UHGV virus genome: UHGV-1375174
From: a virus
Length of the DNA stretch: 63,697 bases
Strand: one strand, 5' to 3'
Shown here: one piece after another, positions 30,038 through 38,594 of the stretch
Layout: the number at the start of each line of letters is the position of its first letter
How positions within the stretch are numbered: the first letter of the stretch is position 1
Translations under genes and position numbers: made by a program
Notes under the pieces: model-generated
Seen by the model: only the letters and a program-made list of their open reading frames with translations
Database searches by the model: none
What the model was told of the DNA's origin: nothing

Positions 30038-30505
30038 ATGCTAGACATAATCGCTAAGCCTGTTGAAGCACTTGTTTCCGGTGTTGTGGGATGGTTCACG
30101 AGTAGGCAAAAACTCAAAGAGGTAGAGTTGCAGAGTAAGATCGAAGTAGCTAAGGCGAGAGCTGCTGCTAAGATTGATCTCTACAAGTCTGGGGTGGTGG
30201 GAGATATTGCGTGGGAGAAAGACTCCCTCGACAACTCTGGATGGAAGGATGAGTTCTGGACAGTAGTTATCTCTATGCCACTTATTCTTGCTTGGTGTCC
30301 GTGGACAGCAGATTGGGTAACACATGGGTTTGAAACCTTTGCTACTATGCCTGACTGGTATCAGATAGCATTTGGTATCTGTGTGTCATCTGCCTTTGGC
30401 TTCAAGAAGTTTGCTGAGATCATGTCCCTCAAGAACGGTGTCAATGTTTCACGTGTGCATGAAATAAAACAGCTGCTTGCTGATATGCCTGAAGATAAAA
30501 ATTAG
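30038..30505 (+). CDS. Membrane protein (155 aa; two predicted TM segments in the C-terminal half)
   Basis: Start coupled to the giant gene. Hydrophobic segments WTVVISMPLILAWCPW and YQIAFGICVSSAFGF. Confidence 0.45.
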   Translation: MLDIIAKPVEALVSGVVGWFTSRQKLKEVELQSKIEVAKARAAAKIDLYKSGVVGDIAWEKDSLDNSGWKDEFWTVVISMPLILAWCPWTADWVTHGFETFATMPDWYQIAFGICVSSAFGFKKFAEIMSLKNGVNVSRVHEIKQLLADMPEDKN

Positions 30506-30511
30506 GCAAAA

Positions 30512-30556
30512 GAAAAACCCCCTAAGAGCCCGAAGGCCCAAAGGGGGTTTCTTTGT
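30512..30556. terminator. Bidirectional intrinsic terminator at the junction of the convergent plus and minus blocks
   Basis: AAAAACCCCC...GGGGGTTTCTTTG. The stem (30518-30522 with 30543-30547) is flanked by an A-run and a T-run. Confidence 0.55.
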
Positions 30557-30558
30557 AT

Positions 30559-30858
30559 CTACAGTTCGATAGTGCATTCTGTTTTGACTTGTGTTTCTGT
30601 ACAACCATGAATAGTCGAATGCTCTACTAGTTCAGGGCTGCTGACTTCTTTATGTTGACTAGGATGTGTTGCTAGAGTCATACCTAGAATAGCTTTAGCT
30701 TCTCCAAGTTCTGCTTCAAGCTGACGTTTCTTAACATCCACTTCTTGCTGAATCTTAACACCGTACATTTTAACAGCGTCGTTGTCAGAAGCTAATAGCT
30801 GCGTGGCTATAGGTGCCCACGTATGGACGTATTCTGCGAGAGCAGTAAGTTTCGACAT
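30559..30858 (-). CDS. Hypothetical protein (99 aa)
   Basis: ORF with GAGGAG 8 nt upstream of the ATG. Confidence 0.4.
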   Translation of the reverse strand: MSKLTALAEYVHTWAPIATQLLASDNDAVKMYGVKIQQEVDVKKRQLEAELGEAKAILGMTLATHPSQHKEVSSPELVEHSTIHGCTETQVKTECTIEL

Positions 30859-30875
30859 CGTAACTCCTCTAATAG

Positions 30876-30918
30876 AAAACCCCCTGCAGTTCTTGATCTT
30901 TCCTGCAAGGGGTTTCTG
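30876..30918 (-). terminator. Hairpin plus U-run in the 5' leader of 30559-30858 (attenuator-like, or the terminator of the upstream gene)
   Basis: CCCCCTGCAG (30880-30889) pairs with CTGCAAGGGG (30903-30912). On the minus strand the stem is followed by TTTTCTATT. Confidence 0.35.
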
Positions 30919-30984
30919 CGTGTGTATGCAACCAGTGGGTCACTCCCAGAGTACAGCCAGTCCACGCAACTGTCGCTCTTGATT

Positions 30985-31015
30985 ATAAGATAATCATTAA
31001 CGAAAAGTTGTCAAG
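30985..31015 (-). promoter_or_regulatory. Candidate promoter: cTTGACAa on the minus strand (reverse complement of 31008-31015), with a weak -10
   Basis: The motif is shared with about 11 other intergenic sites. The TATAAT lies at a 21-bp spacing, so the -10 assignment is uncertain. Confidence 0.3.
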
Positions 31016-31070
31016 ACCTAGCGTCCCTTTTTCTTCTTTTTCTTACCACCACAGGCCATACGTACCTCCC

Positions 31071-31301
31071 TTAGAGGAATGCGATGCGGGCAGGTTCCAT
31101 ACTCTCAAGATCGAGTACGAGGAGCTTGCCATCCCGCACGTCTTTCAGCAGGGAAAGCTCCCCTACTCGAGACAGTTCTTTATTCAAGCAACCTTGATAG
31201 CGTTCAACATTATGCACCGCTTTATCAAGTTCACTTTTATATACTTCAGCATTACGCTGAGCTTGCTTAATACGTTCTTCGATTGAAGGAACACCGAACA
31301 T
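31071..31301 (-). CDS. Hypothetical coiled-coil protein (76 aa)
   Basis: The minus-strand ORF looks protein-like. The overlapping plus-strand ORFs look like junk. Confidence 0.35.
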   Translation of the reverse strand: MFGVPSIEERIKQAQRNAEVYKSELDKAVHNVERYQGCLNKELSRVGELSLLKDVRDGKLLVLDLESMEPARIAFL

Positions 31302-31310
31302 GTTTAGTCC

Positions 31311-31341
31311 TTATAAGAAAGGGGGAACCGTAGCTCCCCCA
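31311..31341 (-). terminator. Intrinsic terminator after gene 31366-32034 (GGGGGA...TCCCCC plus a T-run on the minus strand)
   Basis: A 5-6 bp G/C stem (31320-31324 with 31335-31339), followed on the minus strand by TTTCTTAT. Confidence 0.45.
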
Positions 31342-31365
31342 AACTATCAAGCTATGCTTTAACTA

Positions 31366-32034
31366 CTAGGCAGCAGGCGTGGTAGTAGAAGTCCGAGACA
31401 GTGCTTCAATGATAGCACGAGTCTGGGCATTCTGAGACAGCTGCATCGTAAGCGCAGCGTTCTCGCGTTCCAGCCCACTGATCTTTTCCTGAGTCATGTA
31501 ACCAATGATCGCCGCCTGATTAGCCTGAATGGCAGCAAGCGTTTCACAATGGTTGGCGGCCATGCGGGTCTTGATGTCACAGAATTCCTGCTGGTTCTGG
31601 AACTGATTGGCCGTAGCCTGTTCCCGAATACCAGTAGCAAGATCCTGCATACGGAGCTGTGTCTGGCAGCAGCAATCGGAAAGCTGGTGAGACAGCGCGT
31701 CAGTGGCACGCTGATTAGCGTTAGACGCACGTTCGATGTTCAGATTGGTTTCGCAGCAACACGCCGAAGCAGCGTCCCGAGCGTCACGTACAGCATTGGT
31801 AATAGCGTAGGTGCTATCACAGATGCCGTTACCGACACGAGAGAACTGACCGCACTGTTCAACAGACATGCCGTTCAGCTTTTCAAGGATGAGTTGGTTC
31901 GCATTGTCCAGACCATTAGGAGCCATATTACGTCCAAACATACCGTTACCAAACCCTCCGAAAGCGAACAGAATGATAAGGATCCACCACATCCACTGCT
32001 GACCACCCATACCACCGTTCATCATAGCCATCAT
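31366..32034 (-). CDS. Cys-rich membrane-anchored protein (222 aa; N-terminal TM, two CCC triplets, C-terminal coiled coil)
   Basis: MMAMMNGGMGGQQWMWWILIILFAFGGFGNG is a TM segment. The motifs ASACCCETN and SDCCCQTQ lie 33 aa apart. Confidence 0.5.
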   Translation of the reverse strand: MMAMMNGGMGGQQWMWWILIILFAFGGFGNGMFGRNMAPNGLDNANQLILEKLNGMSVEQCGQFSRVGNGICDSTYAITNAVRDARDAASACCCETNLNIERASNANQRATDALSHQLSDCCCQTQLRMQDLATGIREQATANQFQNQQEFCDIKTRMAANHCETLAAIQANQAAIIGYMTQEKISGLERENAALTMQLSQNAQTRAIIEALSRTSTTTPAA

Positions 32035-32209
32035 TTCGCCAAGCTTGTTGTCGTCACCAGACTTAGCGAGAGTAAGGAGATCCGCAAGAGCCTTGTTCCA
32101 TCATGTTCAACCTTCTAGTTAGTTAAGCGTTAGGACAGAGACAGGTGTTCAAGGAGATAAAGTCCACCTGTCTCTGACGTAGCTAACAACTACGTTTAAG
32201 GTAACACGA

Positions 32210-32251
32210 TGTGTCTTATAAGAGTATAAGACTTATTAGAAGTTTGTCAAG
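32210..32251 (-). promoter_or_regulatory. Sigma70-like promoter on the minus strand: cTTGACAa-16 bp-TATACT
   Basis: The reverse complement of 32244-32251 is cTTGACAa. It is preceded by a GGGTAAGTAACCC hairpin. It lies upstream of 31366-32034. Confidence 0.45.
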
Positions 32252-32259
32252 GGTTACTT

Positions 32260-32394
32260 ACCCATTTGCTGGCAAGCCATCTTCAACAGCTTGGAGAACT
32301 GATCCCAGTCTTCCTGCTTGATATCCTTCGGAACTTCAAAGTCAATGTTGTAGTCCTTGCCATTACAGGTAGCCTTGATTTCAAACTTAGTCAT
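32260..32394 (-). CDS. Small protein (about 44 aa, MTKFEIKATCNGKDYNIDFEVPKDIKQEDWDQFSKLLKMACQQMG)
   Basis: An ORF below the 60-aa cutoff of the supplied track, read manually. It abuts the next ORF. Confidence 0.25.
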
Positions 32395-32578
32395 GTTCTA
32401 TATCCTCGTTAGTTGCAGGTTTAAAGTTTTTACACGTGGAGCAGTAGTCTTCATAGTCACGCCAAGCATTGCAACAATCCCAGTAAGGATAGTCTTTACA
32501 CCAGTGGCATGTCTCAGGCGTCTGTTCCACTTTCTTCCGTGTGTGGAAGAACGTATACAAGATCTCTAGCAAGCGCAT
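32387..32578 (-). CDS. Small Cys-rich protein (63 aa)
   Basis: CHWCKDYPYWDCCNAWRDYEDYCSTCKNF. It overlaps the 3' end of thyX by 65 nt, so its start is uncertain. Confidence 0.3.
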   Translation of the reverse strand: MRLLEILYTFFHTRKKVEQTPETCHWCKDYPYWDCCNAWRDYEDYCSTCKNFKPATNEDIEHD

Positions 32579-33203
32579 CTACTTCCTCCTTGTAAAGCTG
32601 ATAGATATCTTCAAACACAGGCGGAAAGAGTTTGTGCATATCACTCAGCAGCTGTAGCATAATGTACCGCATGTCTGGGTGAGCGTCCTTTGCACACCTA
32701 AGCTTAAGAATAGTTCTCCACTCTCGAAGATTTGCAGTTACTACAATGTCAGTAGCCAAAGAGTTTGGCAACACAGCACGAGCTACCTGTGGAGAATAGC
32801 CAGCTTTAATAAGATTGTTATACACAACCTCACACTCTTGCATATGCCAACCCCATGCATTCATTGAGTCAACATCTAACTCAGTGCTAGGCTTTACGAA
32901 CTCAATGTCCTTATCCTTGTAGTTGCAATATCGAGTACTTTCTTGAGCGAAACTCGCAAGGCGGTGACGCACCAGTTCATGAGAGACACCACGGTCAATC
33001 CGAAAGTGTGCAGTAGCGTGCCCGTGTTCGAGCATAGCTTCGTGCCCTCGACGTACAAGTCGCTCGATGAAAGCCACGTGAGAAGTTTCATTGATCTTAT
33101 CCTCCGATTTGTAACAGGTACGTCCAGCATCTTCAATCGTTTGCATGATGAAGTGTGGAGCAGATTGCAAAGAGACTATAACAGAAGGATCAATTACTTT
33201 CAT
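32514..33203 (-). CDS. thyX: Flavin-dependent thymidylate synthase ThyX
   Basis: The ThyX signature RHRLASFAQESTRY (RHRxxSxxxxSxRY) is present, along with HEAMLEH and RAVLPNS. The protein is 229 aa. Confidence 0.85.
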   Translation of the reverse strand: MKVIDPSVIVSLQSAPHFIMQTIEDAGRTCYKSEDKINETSHVAFIERLVRRGHEAMLEHGHATAHFRIDRGVSHELVRHRLASFAQESTRYCNYKDKDIEFVKPSTELDVDSMNAWGWHMQECEVVYNNLIKAGYSPQVARAVLPNSLATDIVVTANLREWRTILKLRCAKDAHPDMRYIMLQLLSDMHKLFPPVFEDIYQLYKEEVDALARDLVYVLPHTEESGTDA

Positions 33204-34137
33204 GAGCAGCCTTCAGGTAGATGCTAGGGTCTTGGAAACCATACATCGTAAAGCCTGCTGCATTCTTATGACCACGGATACCAGCAACGGTAGTAAGGTC
33301 GTTATCACCTTCAGAGCGCATACTGAAGTGCCATTCCTTTCCGTCCCAGTAGTACCAGCCAAAGCCAAAGTAACTATCATCAAGCTTCTGCATAGGGAAG
33401 TCATAGCTATCAGAAAGCTTTGAGTTCACCATAAGGAACTTCTTGCCTTCAATCACCATGTCGTGCACATTACGTTCTCGTTCCTCAGCAAGACCAAGGC
33501 GATACATGTGTGCAACATTACCCATGTTGATAAGCTGCAAGACTACATCCCACTTCATACGCTTAGCACGTTCTTCGTCAGGTGCATCTGCAGGAAGAGT
33601 GTCAATAGTTTCAAAGCACGCTTTCCAGAACTCATAACCATCTTCCGTAGCAGGGTCGGTGATGATGAGCTTCATTCCTGTGATGAAAGGAACAATGCGT
33701 TCGTCTGCTTGATGATCCCACACATCATACCTACCAGTCATCCACACAGCAGGAGGCATCTTGGCTTCACCCATAAAGGTTCCCCAAGTAATCTCACAGC
33801 CAGATTGATAGATACTGTGGTACACACGGATGTAAGGCTTAGTGTCTGTACCTGTCGTATCGTAATCCTTAGCCCACACAGAAGACTTGTGGTGGTCAAC
33901 AACTACGATAGGAAAACCTTTGTCATGAAGAGCCTTGAGGTCTTCTTCAGTAGGACAGAAGTCAAGGAACACAAGCCGAGCACCAGCTTCGAGATCACCG
34001 AACATCTTGTCAGAGTCATACCCGTAGTTAATGGAGCGAAGGTCAAGCTCTTCGTTCTGGTCACAGGAGTACTTGAACACAGCAGCAGCACAATGCCCGT
34101 CAGCATCTTCGTGGTAAAAGACATACGTACTAGGCAT
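33190..34137 (-). CDS. DHH-family phosphoesterase (315 aa)
   Basis: DHH motifs are present: HEDADGH (DxD), FLDFCP, and VVVDHHKSS (DHH). Confidence 0.55.
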   Translation of the reverse strand: MPSTYVFYHEDADGHCAAAVFKYSCDQNEELDLRSINYGYDSDKMFGDLEAGARLVFLDFCPTEEDLKALHDKGFPIVVVDHHKSSVWAKDYDTTGTDTKPYIRVYHSIYQSGCEITWGTFMGEAKMPPAVWMTGRYDVWDHQADERIVPFITGMKLIITDPATEDGYEFWKACFETIDTLPADAPDEERAKRMKWDVVLQLINMGNVAHMYRLGLAEERERNVHDMVIEGKKFLMVNSKLSDSYDFPMQKLDDSYFGFGWYYWDGKEWHFSMRSEGDNDLTTVAGIRGHKNAAGFTMYGFQDPSIYLKAAHESN

Positions 34138-34498
34138 TGAGTTCTACTCCTTGTGCAAAAGGTGCAACAGCATCAGCTTCCACAGCAGCTTGAGCTGCCT
34201 GCTGGTCAAGCCTAAAGATCTGCTTAACATCAATCATCTTAAGACCAGCTTCATCACACCAACGGATAGGGCACTTAAGCTCATGTGCAATAATGCGAGC
34301 ACGTTCACAGTCAGGCTGAAAGTCAATATAGACTACAGCGTCATCCTTTGTGATGACAGAACCTTTCTCACTGTAGTCTGCATTGTCTTTCACCTGCAGG
34401 TACTCAACGTCCTGCAAGCCAAACTTACCAGCTGCTGCATAGTTCTTAAGCAGACCAAGAATAGATTCTTCTTGGAAGACGAAGTATACCTTACCCAT
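34130..34498 (-). CDS. Hypothetical protein (122 aa)
   Basis: ORF in an operon with overlapping start and stop. Confidence 0.4.
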   Translation of the reverse strand: MGKVYFVFQEESILGLLKNYAAAGKFGLQDVEYLQVKDNADYSEKGSVITKDDAVVYIDFQPDCERARIIAHELKCPIRWCDEAGLKMIDVKQIFRLDQQAAQAAVEADAVAPFAQGVELNA

Positions 34499-35009
34499 TC
34501 TGCACCTCTTCCTGAACTTCAGGCTGTACTTCCTGTTCCTTCCTTACTTCCGCAAGAGCTTCTTCAAAGCCAAGACGCTTGCACCACACAAGAGAAGCAT
34601 AGTGTGCAATCTTGAGCAGGTCACGCGTAGCTTCAAGCTCACCACGAGAGTTAGAATCCATACGGTTCACATACTTCTGAATCTGTTTGATACAATCATC
34701 AGCAGACCAAGAAGCAACATTGTCACCGGGGAAGTCACCGTACTGAGGAACAGTGTACTCTTCAACGTGTCTGCCTACTTCATCAGCAAAGCAGTCCCAA
34801 AGAAGAAGACGATTAGAACGAGGACTGTATTCGTCACTGGCTTCATTCTCCTTAGCTACATCTTTCACCCAGTTCTCAACAGCCAACTGAGCACGCACTT
34901 CTTCCAACACAGCTTCTTTATTAACCGACATACATTTCTTCCTTTCTTTTCTTTTGTTCATGAGGTTCAATCTTCCAACAGACAACATGTCCAACATCCT
35001 GTCCTTCAC
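34491..35009 (-). CDS. Hypothetical protein (172 aa)
   Basis: ORF. Confidence 0.4.
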   Translation of the reverse strand: MKDRMLDMLSVGRLNLMNKRKERKKCMSVNKEAVLEEVRAQLAVENWVKDVAKENEASDEYSPRSNRLLLWDCFADEVGRHVEEYTVPQYGDFPGDNVASWSADDCIKQIQKYVNRMDSNSRGELEATRDLLKIAHYASLVWCKRLGFEEALAEVRKEQEVQPEVQEEVQNG

Positions 35010-35175
35010 GCTCAGTCAAACGCTTGACCACTTCTGGAATACGCTTGTTTGCTTCTTCCTTAGCTTCAACTTCGTTTGTTGCGTTAATAAACATCTGAGT
35101 TGTAACATACTTTCCGTTGGCTCCTTTACCACGGTAACGAGCACGGAACTTCATGTCAGCTCCTAGTACAACCAA
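34921..35175 (-). CDS. Hypothetical protein (84 aa)
   Basis: ORF. The start may be an internal Met, because it overlaps the downstream gene. Confidence 0.3.
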   Translation of the reverse strand: MVVLGADMKFRARYRGKGANGKYVTTQMFINATNEVEAKEEANKRIPEVVKRLTEREGQDVGHVVCWKIEPHEQKKRKEEMYVG

Positions 35176-35522
35176 ATAGTCGGACTCGGCTTCTTGGGAT
35201 CGCTATCCACATGGATGAAAGACTTAGCGATACCAACACGAGTAAAGCCTGCTGTAATAAGAGCCTGAACAATCTTGAACTTCTGTTCACCAGTAGCCGC
35301 ACTGATATCAGCAGCGTACCCAATTGTATGGGATGAACCAGCTACACCACCAACAGCTTTGTTGTGTGCAGGACAACGGTATCCAGAAGTAATGACGAAA
35401 GGAATACCGGCGATTTCGCGTGCAAGGGTAAGCTTATCCACAAACTCTTGATTCATTTCGTTTGTGTTACACCCACACTTACACTGAAATTCTTTTGCCT
35501 TGAAATACTTTGTGTCTTTCAT
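35163..35522 (-). CDS. Peptidase M15 (zinc D-Ala-D-Ala / L-Ala-D-Glu peptidase fold), a candidate endolysin
   Basis: FVITSGYRCPAHNKAVGGVAGSSHTIGYAADI...FIHVDSD matches M15 family motifs (SGYR, H-x-x-G, D-x-x-H). The protein is 119 aa. Confidence 0.7.
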   Translation of the reverse strand: MKDTKYFKAKEFQCKCGCNTNEMNQEFVDKLTLAREIAGIPFVITSGYRCPAHNKAVGGVAGSSHTIGYAADISAATGEQKFKIVQALITAGFTRVGIAKSFIHVDSDPKKPSPTIWLY

Positions 35523-35791
35523 TTTTTCTTTACCTTAAAGTTAAGAGGCTCTACAACACGACGGCACACTGTCGACGCAATGTAGCAAGCTTTCTCAAAC
35601 ACCTTGCAGAACTGGCAGGGTTTAACTCCTGCTTTCTTCAAGGATGCTGGAGGTGTTGTTTCCTCTCTGTTTGTGCACTGACGACACATCCTTGGCAACG
35701 TACCCCAGTAAGGATCGTCCTTCCTACGAGAAGGAATTGGAACCTCATCAGAATGTTTAAGTGCCTTGTTAATCATATCGAAGAAGCTCAC
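35519..35791 (-). CDS. Cys-rich small protein (90 aa), a putative zinc-binding protein
   Basis: CRQCTN...CQFCKVFEKAC...C. Confidence 0.4.
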   Translation of the reverse strand: MSFFDMINKALKHSDEVPIPSRRKDDPYWGTLPRMCRQCTNREETTPPASLKKAGVKPCQFCKVFEKACYIASTVCRRVVEPLNFKVKKK

Positions 35792-36918
35792 TCATAATCC
35801 CTTATGGCTGTGACTACGGGGTTTCCGATGGGGGTTCCATCCTTAGAGAAGTCAGAGCAACGTACTGTTGCCTTCTTACCTATCCAAGTATTGAAGTCTA
35901 AACAACCCCTCCGATATGCTTCTTGTCGTTGTGCTTTTGTCCAGCATGGAACAGAAGAGAAAGGTTTACCTTTGTTAAAGAACTCAAAGATAATACATTT
36001 ATCTACGTCTGCTGAGAACCCTGTGACTTTGTATTCAGTGTCTCTAAAGTTCTTATACTTCAGAAGATCATAAGACCTAACACCTTGCCGATACTTAGCA
36101 CTGTACTTACGCAGCATCAGTCCTTCATATCCTTCTGCAAGATAGTCTTCTTGTTTCTTCTTTATATTAACTATTCCTTTGACATAGTCAATAGGGCAAG
36201 CCACAACTTTTTTAAGATCTTTATCTGCAAGCAAAGCACGGTAACGTGCAATGCGTTCAAACTGAAGTTCTTCACTGATAGTGTCGTACACCCAGTACTG
36301 CAACTTGTTTGTGGCAGGACTGTATGCTTTGACAGCAGACACTATATCTTGCAGTGGCATACCATGACAGTAGATCTCACCGTCCCATGCACACCCATCA
36401 GGCATAACTTCAAACAACTCTTTGCAGAGTTTGTTATGATGATACAAGACATCATATACTTTACCTGTTCTTGACAGGAAAGTTATCTTGTCACCATGTC
36501 TTTGAACTGTACAACGTACACCGTTGAGCTTGGGTTGACAGATATAGATCGTGTCGTCATTGACTTTGTTTTGATGATCTATATAAGACTGAGCTAGCAT
36601 AGGACGAATAGGGAGAGCAGACAACTCAGCCTTGCTCTTCCTGTATCCCTTATCAAGCTGCTTCTTGAACCTAGACTTAGTTTCATTTACAGCTTGTTGT
36701 AGCGCAGTCGTAGCATTCTTCTTACCAGCATTCTTACCACAGTCATAGGAACGAGTAGTCTCCTTAAGAGTACCACCTTCGTAACCAGACTGAATAAGTA
36801 TGCTGGCTGTACCGTCTTCGTTTTCATACGCATGAGCTTGCCACGTCATTGTCTTGCCGTTAGCTGTCAGTGCATAAAGAAGAGCGGTACTATATGCTTT
36901 TACGCTGCCTTCTTGCAT
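35788..36918 (-). CDS. ATP-dependent DNA ligase (376 aa)
   Basis: Motif I CQPKLNGVRC (KxNG adenylation lysine), motif IV EGLMLRK, and motif V DLLKYK. Confidence 0.85.
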   Translation of the reverse strand: MQEGSVKAYSTALLYALTANGKTMTWQAHAYENEDGTASILIQSGYEGGTLKETTRSYDCGKNAGKKNATTALQQAVNETKSRFKKQLDKGYRKSKAELSALPIRPMLAQSYIDHQNKVNDDTIYICQPKLNGVRCTVQRHGDKITFLSRTGKVYDVLYHHNKLCKELFEVMPDGCAWDGEIYCHGMPLQDIVSAVKAYSPATNKLQYWVYDTISEELQFERIARYRALLADKDLKKVVACPIDYVKGIVNIKKKQEDYLAEGYEGLMLRKYSAKYRQGVRSYDLLKYKNFRDTEYKVTGFSADVDKCIIFEFFNKGKPFSSVPCWTKAQRQEAYRRGCLDFNTWIGKKATVRCSDFSKDGTPIGNPVVTAIRDYE

Positions 36919-37178
36919 TTGTCTTCCTTTGTATCGGTAAGAGTAATAACTTCATTAGGTGAAGTTTCTTTCACATATCTATCATTAACCACTCCTGTGG
37001 AATTGTCAACAATATCTTCTGCTACTTTCTTACTCAACTTACCAAACACTCGGACAGACTTCTTTGTCTTACCACAACGAGAGCACTTGAACTGTTCGAC
37101 TTCAATGCGGATGATGTCATACGCAGTGCCAGTCCACATCTCAGTGCGTTCCCAGTTGTGGTCTTTGAGCCAACACAT
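36900..37178 (-). CDS. Zinc-ribbon protein (92 aa)
   Basis: FKCSRCGKTKK plus further Cys residues. Confidence 0.4.
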   Translation of the reverse strand: MCWLKDHNWERTEMWTGTAYDIIRIEVEQFKCSRCGKTKKSVRVFGKLSKKVAEDIVDNSTGVVNDRYVKETSPNEVITLTDTKEDKCKKAA

Positions 37179-37648
37179 TACCCCAAGGTTAAACTCCTTT
37201 CAAGAGCGTGCAGTTTGACATGCTCTTGTCTAGTCATTATGATTAAGTTATTAACTTTATTATTAGTACGAACACCGTCGATATGATGAACTACCATACC
37301 TTTAGGTAAGTATGCCAACCCTGCATGTTTACATGCTACAAGTATGTGTGAAAGAACATACGTTGAACAGGAAGATAATCGACGTTTATGCCCTGCCCAC
37401 CAAGAAGGAGTTCTACTCTTGTAGTATCCTGCTCCGTTTAATTTAGGTGTTCTATCTTTACAAGGTACACGATGACAATAAGATGTATTTTTAATACACT
37501 GCTTAGTGTGATCTTTTATATCTCTGTAAGCTTCATGGACAATCTTTGATACTAAGTATCGAGAGCGTCCAGTCAATAAAGATATTACACGTATAGATAA
37601 ACCTAAATCAAACGCATACAGAAGGAGACTTCTCTCCTCCGTTGTCAT
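37178..37648 (-). CDS. HNH homing endonuclease, copy 1 (HNH_3-like, with an N-terminal HTH)
   Basis: HILVACKHAGLAYLPKGMVVHHIDGVRTNNKVNNLIIMTRQEHVKLH. It is paralogous to four other ORFs in 38.6-46.1 kb. Confidence 0.8.
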   Translation of the reverse strand: MTTEERSLLLYAFDLGLSIRVISLLTGRSRYLVSKIVHEAYRDIKDHTKQCIKNTSYCHRVPCKDRTPKLNGAGYYKSRTPSWWAGHKRRLSSCSTYVLSHILVACKHAGLAYLPKGMVVHHIDGVRTNNKVNNLIIMTRQEHVKLHALERSLTLG

Positions 37649-37661
37649 AGATTACCTCAGC

Positions 37662-37970
37662 TTATGCTGCGTGACGGTAATGTTCGTGCTCCTTATACCC
37701 TTCCATCTTACGGACTTTCATATCAGCAATCAGGCGGATAGCAGAAGCAGCAACCTGACAGGCTTCTTCACAAATCGCAGTAGTGTCACGCCATCTCTCC
37801 GGTTTGTAAAGCTCATGTTTCAGCTCGGCCATCTCCTCTTTGAGAATCCAAGCAGAATGCTCGATAGACGGATGCGTCTCAGGGTGGCGTTTATGCGCGT
37901 CCTTGATGGCTTCCTTTACTTCTTCGAGTGCTTCCATGTTTGCCTGTTCTATCAGTCTTTCGTTCGACAT
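37662..37970 (-). CDS. MazG-like nucleotide pyrophosphohydrolase (102 aa)
   Basis: All-helical small protein with an EEMAELKHELYK (EExxE) metal-binding motif and HEHYRH. Confidence 0.45.
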   Translation of the reverse strand: MSNERLIEQANMEALEEVKEAIKDAHKRHPETHPSIEHSAWILKEEMAELKHELYKPERWRDTTAICEEACQVAASAIRLIADMKVRKMEGYKEHEHYRHAA

Positions 37971-38373
37971 TAGTACTATTACTCTCAGCTAAGGTATCAG
38001 GCTTCCAACACGAGTAGCCGTGTCGTTTAGCCCACGTTTTGTACGTGGTGGGGTTCTTTGTAGACCGAGAGATAACTTTATCTTCAAGCATGAAGACGAA
38101 GCGTATATCTAAGTCTGGATGTTGCTCACGAATCTGAGCCATCTTACTTCGCATAGAGGGATCAAAGTATCCCTTTGCTTCGACAAAGAACTCCTCACCG
38201 TCTGGAAGTGTAACCTTAAAGTCAGGTTTATAATATCGTACAGCGGGCTGCCAAGGAATACGACAAGGTTCATACTCCCACTTGATACCAAGCTCGTCGA
38301 ACTTTTTAGCAAGCTCTGCTTCAAACTTAGAAGCAAACCTTGTCTTGTTATAGGTTGATTTTATAGATCTCAC
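37891..38373 (-). CDS. Putative PD-(D/E)xK-type nuclease (160 aa)
   Basis: KPDFKVTLPDGEEFFVEAKGY resembles the D...E-x-K core. It overlaps the downstream start by 80 nt, so the boundaries are uncertain. Confidence 0.35.
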   Translation of the reverse strand: MRSIKSTYNKTRFASKFEAELAKKFDELGIKWEYEPCRIPWQPAVRYYKPDFKVTLPDGEEFFVEAKGYFDPSMRSKMAQIREQHPDLDIRFVFMLEDKVISRSTKNPTTYKTWAKRHGYSCWKPDTLAESNSTNVERKTDRTGKHGSTRRSKGSHQGRA

Positions 38374-38391
38374 ATATGCACACTACCTCTG

Positions 38392-38577
38392 TTAAGGCAA
38401 CCAGATAACCTTAGCCAGCTGAGCAGTATCCACAAGAGGAGATTCATAACCACAACCAAAACATTTAACAAAGAACATCCCGCTCATCGTTTTGTATATG
38501 TCAAGATGTTTACTGGAACATACTTGGCATGTACTCCCGTTTTCCAGCGGGCACAATTTCATAACTGGCTCGTCCAA
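38392..38577 (-). CDS. Zinc-ribbon protein (61 aa)
   Basis: CPLENGSTCQVC...CFGCGYES. Confidence 0.35.
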   Translation of the reverse strand: MDEPVMKLCPLENGSTCQVCSSKHLDIYKTMSGMFFVKCFGCGYESPLVDTAQLAKVIWLP

Positions 38578-38594
38578 AGTTTACCTCCAATGCA

